Assembly: GCA_002269645.1 (NCBI GenBank)
Contig: NIVC01002094.1
Coordinates: 141,423 to 205,422 of the forward strand
Direction: 5' to 3'
Length of the DNA stretch: 64,000 nucleotides
DNA from: Macrostomum lignano
Lineage: Eukaryota
Shown: in pieces, positions 23,593-50,445 of the stretch
How the letters are laid out: each line of letters opens with the position of its first letter
How positions within the stretch are numbered: position 1 is the first letter of the stretch
The notes under the pieces: generated by a model
Database searches by the model: none
Seen by the model: only the letters and a program-made list of their open reading frames with translations
What the model was told of the DNA's origin: nothing
Position numbers and translations under genes: made by a program

Positions 23593-25625
23593 GTTCTGAT
23601 CTTAAAAAAGCATCAATATTTGTGTTTTGTTATCTAGCATCATGCATATATTAAAATGCTGTTTTCTTTGAAGTCAAGATTAAGCATTAGATTTTCTAGA
23701 ACTCTTTGAAAACATTAGCAACTATTACTGGTCTCATTGTCTCATGTAATAAAAATTAAAAATAAAAAGTATGTTTACGTTTATATGGTTACAGATGTTG
23801 CTATAAATATATAGGGCACATTAAAAACTGATAACTTATTTTGACAAAACTTGATAACAAATTTTAGATCTTTAACTCTGTTTTTAAGACAAGTCACAAA
23901 TGTAAGTAGCATATTCAATAACAATTAAGTTGCATGGATTATGTAATTGCAAAAGTATGTCATGCAGATCAGAATCCCATCTAGTTGCCACTTGCAATTA
24001 TGCTTAATATTTTAAATTACAAAACACATAATTTTTTTGATTATTCTAAATATGACATAAGTTTCTTGTCATTTATTAATTAATAAGTGATAATAAAAGA
24101 TAGTAAATTAAATTGTTTTATTTAAAATGCAACTTAAAATTATCACTTATGAGTAAATAGACTTTGCATAATTTTCAAGGTAGAAATATGGCATGCTTTA
24201 AAACTAATTAAAAGTGATGTAATCACAAGTGTAAGACTAAGAGCACAGGATAGACAGCTATGCATTTATGCCCAGAGCTAACTAAGATGTGTATGTTATA
24301 TAAGGCTGGCATAGTGAAATTAAACATCTTAGTTGACAACAAAATACCAAGCCATTTTTTCTTCAATCAAACTACCAAGTAGAAATCTCTTGACAATTTT
24401 TTTCTACATAGGAATAAAGCAAAACATGCATATAAAACTATTATATAAATATATTTGATACTACAACTTAGTGATATAGAGCACCTCCTGGTTTATGTAC
24501 TTGTATTTCTATGGTTTGCAAAATATCAGTTCTTTCTTAGAAATTTGCAAATTTTTAATTCTGCTAATTTATTTGTTTAGCCATTGTGTTTTCTAAAAAT
24601 ATTCTATATGTAAAATTTGTTTAAAAATTTTCTGAATTTAATATAAACAAAACATCTAAAAGGCAAAAGAAAGCAACCATTTACAAACTCAATTTATTTT
24701 TATGTTCAATATTTTAGTTCTTCCATTTTGAAAAGTATTTAGTCTAAATCACTTTGATAGTTTCCAACCAGGCTTATTCATTTCTCTAAGGACTAGAAAC
24801 CTCAAATTAGGATTATTGAAATCCACTGAAAGTGGGAATCATCTTAATGCAGTAACTTACCTTAGAGCAATAAAAATGCTCAGAAGATGTGGCCCTCTGA
24901 TCCTACGAATGCCTAGGACTAGGGATATTAATTCCCCAGAAAATTTGCACCCCAGGGACCTAGGGATTTGGTCCCTAGTAAAGAATAGATATAGATATAA
25001 AAATATAGTTACCTAAAGTTCAAAAGCAAAATAAAGCTGAAATAAGCTAATAAAGCATTATTTCAACATTAAGCAATAGACTAATGTGAATTTTGTTTAA
25101 AAACTTTTCAAAACAAATAATTTTACTTTCGTTATTTTTTAGGTCCCCAAATGACCTTGGCCTAAACCCTAAAGGTCAAAATCAAAAACTTTTTCAGTTT
25201 CCCCAGGGAAAATGGTAATGGTACCAACTAAACTATAAAAATGGATACAGATATAGAAAGGATTTGCATACTAATATGCAGATATGGATTACTATTTTGC
25301 AGAATCAATGTGGATATAAATATATTAATGCAAAAAACTGCAGTTCTGGATGAAATACATATTTTGTTAATTGAGTTTTTACTAATAAAATTTATCAATA
25401 TTATGATAAGATCTATTAAATTTATACCCAAGTTCATTTAAAATTGTAAAGATACCAATTTTTTTTACATGTTGTCTAATGAAATAAAGGCTAAATTTTC
25501 TCATGGCACTACTTAATTAATTTAGTATCATGCAAATACAATCAGATTCAATCAGATAGTATCAGAGACTACTTCTTGGCAGTCTCTGATTGGTAGATAG
25601 CAAATTGTGATAACAAGGGGATAAT

Positions 25626-28155
25626 CAGGGACTAGTCAAACATCGGGACGGGAAACTAGGCAAATCATGGCGAAGTTTTTACGAGGCTGGTTTGTTAGCA
25701 GCTGACGAGGCTGGCTGGCTTATTTGTATAGAGCGATACTTTGTTGTCTATGGTTATTTTCTATTATTTGAAGCTTGTGATACCGTTATTTCCACTGCAG
25801 TCTAGCAGGGGATGCTTGCATTATATTATAGCAGCTAAGTTTCTGGCAGACGCGCAGGACAAGCTCAATTTTTCTGCTTGTGTTGTTGGCATCAATGCGA
25901 AGAAAGTGCAGCGTTGTTGGCTGCAAGTCAAATTACGAGTCCGAACAATTGGCTACGAAAGTCCATCTGTTTCCGAAGGACTCGGTTGAGCGAGAGCGAT
26001 GTAAAAAGGCCCTGCCGAACATCCTAGAGGTAGGCGCTATTTACTATTAAGGTAAATTGTGCCAATATATATGCAAATTTTTTCTTTATTGGCAAGTGTT
26101 TTTTCTTTTATTCCGCCTTTCAGTCCATAACAGATCACATGGGAATCTGCGCCAAACACTGGCCACCGGACACAACAATGGTGAAAAAGCGACGATTTGA
26201 GTCACCAAAGGATCCGCCTTCTATTTTCAATGGTGTTCCTCCGTCTTGCCTGGTCCAGAACCAAGGTATGACTATACTTTGAATACCTATTTGTACTTTA
26301 GACTTTAGCATTTGGTTCATATAATCTAAAATTTCTCAAGGTTCCCACCATAAATGTTTTTACATTTTAGAATGCAATAGGTATGTGAAGACAAGAGGTG
26401 TTCTCTCTGACGCACGAGGTGGCTTAGCAGATGAATTAGAGGAGTTTCAGCTGAGCGACACTATATCTTTGTGGAATGGTTTCTGTGACTCCGTACAGGA
26501 CTCTGAAATAGTCAAACGCCACTCCTTTGTGGTTACATTTCTTCAGCAGGATTTATATATGTTTTCATTGGACTCCAAAGGCGACATGCTTGTTCGATTA
26601 TTTATTTCGCCAAATTTTGCTGTTTGCGCCTACATAATGCACACGCCAGTTAATGTTCGCGACCTACTTGGATTTCAACCCACGCTGAAGTTTTGGTCGC
26701 AACTGGATGCAATTATCGTACGATGCAACAACTCTGAGTTTTCAGTTGAGAACGAGATTTCGTATTTCATGAAAAGCAACATATTAGCCATTGACAGCGC
26801 AGCGCTAGAGATTTCGAATCCAACTATTAAATTCTTGCTTGAAGAGTTAAAGCTAACACTGGACTCACCAACTGCTCGCAGATATAGCACTACTATCATC
26901 CGGAAGTCGGCCTTACTTTACCTGATCAGTAGCTCCGCCTATTCATATATTAGAACACTCATTCCGTTGCCTCATCAGCGCACGCTACGACATCAACTCG
27001 CAGGAATGGGAGAGGTGGGCACGGAGGATGATGCACTCAAAATTACGCGATCGGTTTTTTCAAAGATTTCTGGTCCTCAGTGAAATTGCATTCTGATGTT
27101 TGATGAAATGTACGTACAACCTTCCATTCAATATCGGTGCAAACATCTGATGGGACGTGCTAGCGACGATCCCAGTCAGGCTGCACGAACAGTCCTAGCC
27201 ATCATGGTAAAGCCTCTTTTTGGTGGAAAGCCGTTTGTGATGCGATTAGTGCCCATTTTTCTTCTGGCTGCAGACTTTCTTCGACATCAGCTAAGTCACT
27301 GCATAGGCATCATCAACAGTCAAGGCAGTCGCGTAATTGCACTGGTTTGTGATAACCATCCTGTGAATCGAAAGTGTTTTTCTCTTTTTCGTGACAACCT
27401 TCATATCAAGCCCTGGATTGGCAGAGATCCCTCACAGGAGTCTGTTTTCTATATGATAAACGACTCAGTGCATCTGTTGAAATGCCTTAGAAACAATTGG
27501 CAAATGGAAAAAAACTGGAATACTCACACTCCATGTACCAAGCAGTGGCCAGACTATATTGGCAAAGTGGAACGATTTGATCAGAGTATACAAAAGCGAA
27601 GAAAATCATGTTGTAAAGCGATCTGGTCTAACCTTCGAAGCTTGCTACCTATCCAGCATTAAAAAACTAAAGTAAGTCTAGCTTAGTAAACTAGTAAGTA
27701 AGGACCAGACAAGTTCACATCTACTGAAAATTCCCGACTATTCAATGCTTAAATTTGTTAAATATTTTTTTGCATTTGTTCATTTTCTCGTCTATGTATA
27801 TATATGTTCAAACTTCACATATTTTAATGCTCACATCCACTGTGTGAGTTAACTTTTTATTGTTCGTCTGTTCTATGTTCACTATTCACCCCTTACAAAT
27901 AGCCCTCAATGTTACCTTATATGTTTTATGAACTATTTTTCCAGTGCACTTTCAAGTAAATATACACAGTTCATAAAAGCACCTGAATATTAAAATTCAC
28001 AGATATACTCATAATAAAATATAAAATTTATTGAAGATTTATTGAAATATTGAAATAGCTACTGCTGCATTGGCACGGCCATAGATTTAACCAGCCTTGT
28101 AAAAACTTCGCCATGATTTGCCTAGTTTCCCGTCCCGATGTTTGAGTAGTCCCTG
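25626..28155 (+). mobile_element. P-superfamily (THAP) DNA transposon, internally deleted and defective
   Basis: ~65-bp TIRs (CAGGGACTAGTCAAACATCGGGACGGGAAACTAGGCAAATCATGGCGAAGTTTTT.. at 25626; inverse ends at 28155). Perfect 8-bp TSD GGGATAAT at 25618-25625 and 28156-28163. Confidence 0.93.
25895..27685 (+). pseudogene. THAP-domain P-element-like transposase pseudogene
   Basis: Spliced 25895-26029, 26124-26265, 26371 onward: MRRKCSVVGCKSNY...LFPKD...CAKHWPP (THAP). Then MFDEMY, CDNHPVN, DSVHLLKCLRNNW, and after a frameshift AKWNDLIRVY..KLKVSLA. In-frame TGA at 27081-27083, frameshift at the A-run near 27510, C-terminal half absent. Confidence 0.88.
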
Positions 28156-28571
28156 GGGATAATGAGCTACAACTTGGTAATGACAAGCAATGACTTATCA
28201 TCATTAGCTTGTTGACACTGCTGATTTGTTTCTTTCTAACAAGAAACAATTTTCCATCATTATTCACAATAATTTTGAATGAGAACAAATTTATCTAAAA
28301 ATAAACAGAAACAAAAATATAACAAAATACTTAATCAATGTTTTGACAAAACTAAATCTGAAGATTTTCAACATTTGCAATTTATATCCACATTGATTCT
28401 ACAAAATAGAAATCCACCTCCATATCAGCATGCATTTTCATAGTTTAGTTGGTACCTAGGGAGGATTTTTCAGGGTTAATATCCCTATCTAAGACTGAGA
28501 ATATTCCCTAGAAGAGTAAATTAGAAATATAGGAATTAGGATAGAAGATAATGCCATAAGACCATTCAGGC

Positions 28572-30612
28572 TGGTAGATAAATACATATTATTATACCTT
28601 TTTACTTTCAATTCTGAAATATCTACACTCAATATTGACATTTTTACATTCAATTTTGACTGTTTATGGTATTGCTTGTTAAAATGTTCAACCTATTTTG
28701 ATAAACTCAAATGCAATAATGACACTTTTCAAACCAAAAAATGATAAACTCCAACTTTTATTAACAATTTGCTAGCAGATTGGAGTAATTTACATTCAAT
28801 TTTGATATCAGCCCTAATGGGAAAAGTGAAATTTTCCCAGACATGCATACAGCATGTTTTTTAAATTTCAGGTCGGCGCAACGGCTGTGGCCAGGTTGCA
28901 GTGCAACGTGGCACAGTCGTGCGGCATGGTGCGGTGGCACAGCGCAGCAGAGCATGGGAGGTATTGCGCGCGCAGCGCGGTGGTGCAACGTGGCGCAGTG
29001 CAGGAGGTTGTGCGCACGGTGCGGCACAGCAGTGCAATGTGGCGCAGCACGGAGCAGCATAGTGCAATGCAACAAGAAAATATCTATGCAGCATGACGTA
29101 GAGCAACTTTTAGGGCTAAATTTTTGGCCTTGGCGCACTTTAAAGCTAAAGACTATTGCTTCTTGGCATGCATCCGAGCAGTTTGTGCAAAAATTCCAAT
29201 AGAGGATATTAGGATACAAAACAGTGACTTTGCCTTACCATCTATAGAATAAAATTGCTTATGTGCATGCATTTTGATAGACAGCATCATAAAATTACAC
29301 ATTATATTATTAGCACACATTGAAACATTATTTTGAAGTCATATTATATTCTGTATAGTAGCAGGTCTACAATTCTAAATACAAAGTTAGCAACAATAAG
29401 AGGCAATTTATTATTGACTATAAGAATGATGACAACTTTTTTTACCTGGCTGATGCCTTAGGGATCACAAAAACCATAGCATGTCTTTATTAGCAATCAA
29501 TATTAATATAAAGCTATCAAAAAGTTCAAACATTCACATGAGTTAATTAAGATTAAAACATGTTAGAATTCATAGAGAACTCAATTGATCCTAGTATTAT
29601 TCTGGCTAGGAGCCATAGTTCAGATTATGAATTAGTGTATACTAGGTTTAATGATAGAAAAAATGATGAGACCTTGTTTGTATACCAAGTATGCACACTA
29701 ATATAAAAAATTGTCATTGACACAATGTTTTTGCTATGTTATATACACTAGGATATATCTTGATCTATGCTAAAAATAGTAAATACCTTATATCCTAGCA
29801 TATATGTTGCCTTCCAAACTATAGCCTGGGAGTGCCAAGTGATACCAGTGATTAGCAAACACTCTTCAAAGCAATGAATTCTTGCTAGATCAGTCAGGGT
29901 ACATATGTCTAGCTAGAATTAAGATCTAAGCTATAATTGTCACTTTTAAATTATTATATTAATTATAATATTATATTAATTATATTATTATATTATATTA
30001 GTATCATTATATAATACTAATTATTATTATATAGCCCTTAGACATCAAGTGGTTCTTAACCTATAGGTTGTGACCCTTAATACTAATGGTCAATGGGGTT
30101 GCATGGCTATTTTCTAGGGGTTACAGCATAGTAAATATAAGTATCCCATACATAATAATATATTATATAGATTTTAAGAGGTTGCAAACATTAAAAAATG
30201 ATGCAAGTGAATAAATTGGATCTGCCTAGCAAAACTAAATCAAAAAGGTTAAGAACCACTGCCTTAGGCCTAGTCTATAAAAATTTATGTATATCTACAA
30301 GTTTTGTTCCATAGATAAGGGGACAAAGGCCCTATTTTGTACCACTATCAAAATTGAATACACACTCAAAATTATTAGCAACTTGTTAATTAAGGTTAGA
30401 GTTTGTCATTTTTGGTTGAAAATTGTTATTGTTACATTTGAGTTTGTCAAAATAGGTTGAACATTTTAACAAGCAATACTGGACTGTCAAAATCAAAATA
30501 TATCACAATTATTATTAAAATAAATCACAAATAAATCAATAGTAACTGCAGATTTTTCAAAATAGAAAATAAAAAGATATAATAGATAAATTATAAATAC
30601 ATATATTACCAG
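28572..30612. repeat. Foldback-like segment bounded by ~190-bp imperfect inverted repeats
   Basis: 28572-28752 is the diverged reverse complement of ~30395-30612 (e.g. GTATTGCTTGTTAAAATGTTCAACCTATTTTGA(T/C)AAACTCAAATG). Confidence 0.75.
30047..30261. mobile_element. Small hAT/Charlie-like MITE
   Basis: 15-bp inverted termini AGTGGTTCTTAACCT (30048-30062) and AGGTTAAGAACCACT (30246-30260), resembling CAGTGGTTCTCAAC hAT ends; TSD not clean. Confidence 0.55.
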
Positions 30613-32227
30613 AAGACAAGTATATATTCATGCACTACCACGGCATAAACATGTATAATATCTATAAAAGTACATAAAAAAATATAAAAGCAACCCCTAA
30701 GGCTAGGACATTACATCATTAAGCTTTATTATAAATGTAACTTTCTATGAATAACAGACTGCAAACATTACATAATTTGATTTTTCACATTTATAAAATT
30801 ATGAAGCATCAATCAACTCACTCATAGGCCTAGGCATGCTTTTTGTCTTGGGCATTGCCCGTTGGGCCAAGGCATGAAATGTTTTGTATCTGTCTGTAAT
30901 AGGCCACCTGTATTAACAATCAAGAAGAATTAAACTATCTAGTAACCTAGTGTCAATTTCAGTTGTTTTACTTATTGAAGAACATGTATATTTGATGGTA
31001 CATATATTGTTTATAGCAATTATAATAATCTAGAATCTAGATATTGATATACACGTTACATCCATGTCCAATAGGCCTATGATAATATCACATAAATGGA
31101 ATCAGAAATAAAAATGTTGAGTATGTCTTAATGTGTGACAAATTATATAGTAAGTAGTAGTAAGTAAGTAAGTAGTAAGTAGTAGTAAATTTGGCTCAGG
31201 CTTAAGGAGCCTGTTTTGCCAGTATAATCCGATGTATTTAGTATTAGTTCAAAAGGTTAAATTTTTACACGAGTTACGATACGAGTTACGATATTTGTGA
31301 AAGTAAGGTATTTGAAAGAGCGTCTAGAATTTTTTAAAACGGTTTTCCAACTTCGTTAGCTTCTCATTTTAAAAATATTTCTTCCTTGATAATAATATAT
31401 TAACAAAACTTTTAGAGTTATGGTCTACTACTTGTTTCTACTTTGCTATAGAACCACCATGCTTTGACAACAATTTTTCTAAACTAATGATTGCACGTGT
31501 CCTTGGACAAAATAAAAAGTATTTAATATTTCGTGGCTATCACACCTGTGTAAGCTCTTTCAAGACTTCTTCGCGTACTTCGGACCTCAAAACCTGGTGT
31601 CTGTAATTCAACCAGAGTGTAAGAACAGTCGAGAACGAGGGCAAATACTAGTAGAATAGCTCCCCTTTTCTACTAGTATTTCGACTGAAAGGGCAAAATC
31701 CACTAGAGAATTATAGTTTATCACAGTTTATGCTGGTCGTTATTTACTCATTTTAGCGCCGCAGGCAGGCACTAATTGCCTCGATACGGTTTTGTCAAGC
31801 CTCAAAGTTTCGTCAGCACGTCGACCAAGCGTGTCCGCATCAGCTCCGACTTCCCTCGGTGGTGTCACCCGCCTCATCCAGGCGGAGCTGCTTCTGGACC
31901 TTCAACAGGTGGAATTAGGTGCATATAGTAGTAGGTGCAGCCGCGAGTAGCAAAGCTCGCATTCTTATAGCTTTCCTCTTCGTCCAGTACATGCATGTAC
32001 GTATACCATGCACTTCTGGCATTTCGGTAAATTAAGTAAGTTACGCGATAAAATCGTAAATCAGGTAATTTTTCAGGTGGATTTTTACTAGATATAAGCT
32101 TTGTTTTTCTGGCATTTTTAAAAGACGATTAAAAGAAGATTTTTTGCGTTGTTTTTTCGACAAGACTCTCATTTATATAGGTAGGTTTTCTCGGCGAATT
32201 CTGCATTGAAAATTAGAATTTTTTTAT

Positions 32228-35200
32228 CTAGCGTGGAAATTCAGTTGAGCAGCCAATTAAAAGCAAGCAGGCAGCCAAACCAATGGCAGCTACAGCCGAG
32301 ACGCTGCCTTCTCTATTGGCCGAGTTGCACTTGTCAGAATTGCATGAGCTGCAGGTGTACATAGTGATGAACTTCTTAACTTCAGATAATCCATCCAGCT
32401 CACAATTTCCACTACCTCCTTTAACCTGAAAAAATGAGGTAAATGACTGTCCCTAGATGAAGTTCTGTTTACTCATTCTTGGCAGATCTGTTCTTACTTA
32501 AATTTCTTAACAGATCTGTTAATTTTTGTTAACACATTCTTAACAGATCTGTTCTTACTTAAATCTCTTAGCAGATCTGTATCTGCTTTTGTCTTACAAG
32601 ATCTTACAAATCTTTGCAAGCCATTTTTTATTGTTTGGTACGTAAAAAACATTCGTGATTTTTTAGAAAATACTTATGAGGTAAAGAGAAAACAAAATTT
32701 CTAACTGTATATCAGAAAAAAGACTTTCGTATATTTTCACATTTCTCTGCTGGATCTTGTCAGATCAGTTCTTGCAGATCTGTACAGACCAGTTTTGAAA
32801 GGTGTCTAAATTGTTTTTTTCCACAAAATATTTAACATAATAGTAATTACGTTTTTTTAATGATTTGTATTTATTTTACTTGTTCTTCTGGCAGCCAACA
32901 GTAAATGAATTTGTTTAAATATTCTTTCCGCAGTTCTGAACATAGTGGACCCTTATTGTTTGAATTCTCGCTCTTGCAATATCCATCATCTCAGTTCTTT
33001 CTTTTGACTTAGCCGAATACGTAATTTTTAATTCCTTAAATTGTTTCATAGTGTAGTATCACTATTTTTTACTTTTTTAGCCATAATAACTTTTTTGATT
33101 AAGTATAGCTATGGCTTTAAATGAAGAGCAGATCGCGTCATCAATTAAAAAAATTTGACATAATTGACAGACTGACTATAAAATGTATGATATGCTATAT
33201 ATATATATCTATATCATATATATATCTAGGCTTGTTTCCTACTCCCAGGCCTATAAGTATGAGTAGGCCTAGGCCTATGACTTTGTTCTATGCTTTAATA
33301 GAAACAGAATGCATGTCTAGACCTAGTGATGTTGTCCATTAATAATTCATTAATCCATTAATAATTCAGAAATTCAGTTACATACATAGATCAGTATTTT
33401 TGTAGGGCCTAGTCTTTTGCATTTCATTATATTATATTTATATATACATACCTAGTTCTAGCCCCTAGGCTAGGGCTAGGCTAGTTCTAGTGACCTAGCT
33501 AGTAAGTAAATCTTAATTAAATAGGTCTATTCTGTTTTTGTTTGTTTTATATATGCTTATCTAGATTTATAAATAGGTAGACTGACATATCTGTAAAACT
33601 TGGTTTTAATCCCTCCTTGATTTTAAACACTTAGGTTAAGAATGTAATGTCTATTTTTAGTAAATAGTGTTATAACTAGGCTTATCATTTTAATTTTAAA
33701 ATAAAATAGGCCCTACTCTACTAAAAATTGTAATTGCTATATAGGGTATAGTTTTTCTGAATTAGAATTAAACCTGGATGCTTAAATATAGGCTTGTGGT
33801 TGTTAGAAAGTTATCTTAAGCCTTGACCTACTATTTGAAGAATATAGATAGGCATAGCAAAATCTAAAATTATTTATACTAGATAAGCCTAGATAAATAA
33901 TATGAAAAATATAGAATAGAAGAAAAACAGGTCTAAATTTAATTAGACCAAAGAACTTTTACAAAAGTTATTACTCTGACTATTTAAAAACATAACAATG
34001 ATATTTGTTTTATGTTTTAGTTATTTTGAATTGAATATTAATGTTTAAAATCCCAGAACTTTACTACAATTTTCCCTTTCATTGCAGCTACTTTACATGG
34101 TCAATATGGCATCGCTACTTATGGGTTCCAAGCTTGTCTTTATACAAATGATTGCTAAAAGTGGCAAGCATCCTATGATTGCTAAAAGAAAAAATGAAGC
34201 CAGCCTAAAGTAAAAATGCAACATGATAAAGAGCCCTAAAGTATTACTAAGAGCTCTTATAGACCTACTTTTATTGATAACAAAGTAAGCTTTCTAGCAA
34301 TATTGACTTTAAAATCTTTCAGTACTGGACTCTTTCAGTTTCAATTATTTGCAAACCAATTTAATTGTACATTGTAGTAAAAGATGCACCTGGTTTTTTT
34401 CAAATGTTTCTGCTTCTATTTTTTAGTTTCTAAAAGTATTGCTCACCCTAATTTTATTAGTCCATTGTACCATTAGTATTTTTTTCTATTGAATGTGTGC
34501 TTAACTTTTGTTTTGAAGTTGACTTATTTTTTGCTTGTGCTATTTCCCTTGTGCATACAAGTTTTATTTCATGAGCATATATGTGTATTTGTTTACATTT
34601 TCACAAATAAATATGTCTACTTTATTTTAATTGTTCAATGGCATTTGCTTTTGTTCTGGCAGCTTACTAGCACAATACTAAAAGTGCAGAATCAAATAAG
34701 AAAGTCCTGTCATAACTCGTGTTCTTTATTGGAATTAAATTAGTGCATTAGGGTTTTATAAATGGATTACTAAACAGATCTTGGAAGATTTGATAAGACG
34801 GACAATGCATTCAATTGGTAAAGCTTAATACATCTTACAAGATCTGCCCAGATCTCCTAAGATCTGCTCGTGCAGACAGTGCAAGATCTTCCTGCAGATC
34901 TTGTAAGTTCTGCCTATACATTTTAATAGTGCAGATCTGTTACGTTCTTGCAAGAACGTAGCGAGAAGCTCCAGACAGATCTGCTAAGAAATGGCATGAC
35001 GATTTCATCTAGGGTGTTAACTGGAGTCCTACCAAATGCTCAGGAAATCCGCCAGACTCAGTGGTGCGCATCTGACTCACGATATATTTGCCATCCGCAT
35101 AGCCGTGAAGTCGAAAACATTCTTATAAATTTTGTTTTCGTAATCTTTATGTTAATGCTTAACAATGGATTATTAATATTATTATTATTGATTTTGTTAT

Positions 35201-35453
35201 TGTTCGTATCGCAGTCAACAGTAGTAGAGGTGTTAGTCTTGTCACCAGTGTAATCATAGCACTCTATACTGTTGGTCATGGCTGTAACAGACAAATTAAT
35301 AAATTACACTGTGAGTGTATAAATGCAATAGTTCGCGTAATTGTATGAAAGTACAGTTTTGCATATAGTCGGGATGCTCAATTAGCTTACCAAAGCACGC
35401 AAACAGTACGATGGCAGTAGAGGAATTGTTCTTTTCAAGGCGTTAAGTGGCAT
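32228..35453 (-). CDS. Candidate GPI-anchored Ly6/uPAR (three-finger-like) protein, possibly defective
   Basis: Last exon 32425-32228: VKGGSGNCELDGLSEVKKFITMYTCSSCNSDKCNSANREGSVSAVAAIGLAACLLLIGCSTEFPR* (C..C.SD.CN plus hydrophobic tail). Upstream exon candidates: 35121-35033 (CFRLHGY..), from 35281 (AMTNSIECYDY..VDC), 35453-35391 (signal-like SSTAIVLFACF, needs a 1-nt shift). Exon-2 donor unresolved. Confidence 0.55.
32451..35014. mobile_element. Non-autonomous TIR DNA transposon (CCC termini, 3-bp TSD) inside the Ly6-like intron
   Basis: Termini CCCTAGATGAA / TTCATCTAGGG, 11 bp perfect and ~40 bp imperfect. TGT duplicated on both sides; AGATCT-rich subterminal repeats at both ends; no transposase ORF seen. 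Confidence 0.8.
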
Positions 35454-36093
35454 TATTAATCCGCACGGTTTCGAAATTCGTTTAAATTGATTTTATTATG
35501 ATTTATGCTTCTTTGGACGGTAAGACAAGGAATTATAAATCTAGTAGGATTTAGAGATTTTTAACCAGCTAGCCACTTCGCCCATAGAGATAGTCGCAGT
35601 TGTTAAAGTTTTAAAGTGTTAAAGTATATGGGTAAGAAATTTTAAAGTGACCCAAAAATAGAAGATCTATAAGTTTTGCTCATAGACTATTTGAAGACTC
35701 CGAAAGTAGACGTCCTGTTTTAATGCAGAGCTATTAATAACTGGCGCTTTTTTGATCGAAGAAGCTTTAGCATTGATAGCAATTGCCCATTCTCCTCTGC
35801 CCGCGCCAGCCCCCTGCCTGCCAGTCAGACTGTCCTTAAACGCATTCGCTCCCTGCTATGTTTGGCTGCACAATCCAGATTGTAGTAGTGTCTACTCTTG
35901 GCCCCGTGTCATCCTACATACGATTTAATTCTGCTGCCGCTGCCAATTCTCGGGTCTGGAGTGGCTCGGACGCCAGCAGCTGGCACAAATGTTTAGCAGC
36001 CAACAATCCGTGTGCCGGCAACGATTGCCATACCAGTGACAGCACCGCCGTCGGCAGTCTCATCATCTGTAACAGCGGCAACCACCGCCCTCG

Positions 36094-49904
<13,811 letters not shown>

Positions 49905-49906
<2 letters not shown>

Positions 49907-49956
49907 TTGATTGACTGATTGGCTCCTTGATTGATTTATGGATGGATGGATGGATG

Positions 49957-49987
<31 letters not shown>

Positions 49988-50009
49988 GGATTGATTGATT
50001 GACTGATTA

Positions 50010-50048
<39 letters not shown>

Positions 50049-50049
50049 A

Positions 50050-50105
<56 letters not shown>

Positions 50106-50149
50106 GTTGGTTGATTTATTGGTTGGTTGATTGATTGATTGTTTGATTA

Positions 50150-50185
<36 letters not shown>

Positions 50186-50268
50186 GTTGCTGACTTATTG
50201 GCTCCTTAGTTGATTGATGGATGGATGAATGGATTGATTGATTGATTGATTGATTGATTAATTGATTA

Positions 50269-50351
<83 letters not shown>

Positions 50352-50360
50352 AATTAATTA

Positions 50361-50391
<31 letters not shown>

Positions 50392-50392
50392 A

Positions 50393-50435
<43 letters not shown>

Positions 50436-50445
50436 AATTGATTGC
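49905..50445. repeat. (GATT)n microsatellite starting at the nAChR stop codon
   Basis: ...ATGGAC TGA TTGATTGACTGATT... continues as imperfect GATT repeats. Confidence 0.95.

Noticed and set aside
31750-31970. GC-rich patch that looks like an exon
   Set aside because: No frame on either strand gives a recognisable protein or consistent splice partners.
32880-34760. Plus-strand exon-like segments within the TIR element
   Set aside because: They are short, cannot be joined into a recognisable transposase or other domain, and may be chance acceptor motifs in AT-rich DNA.
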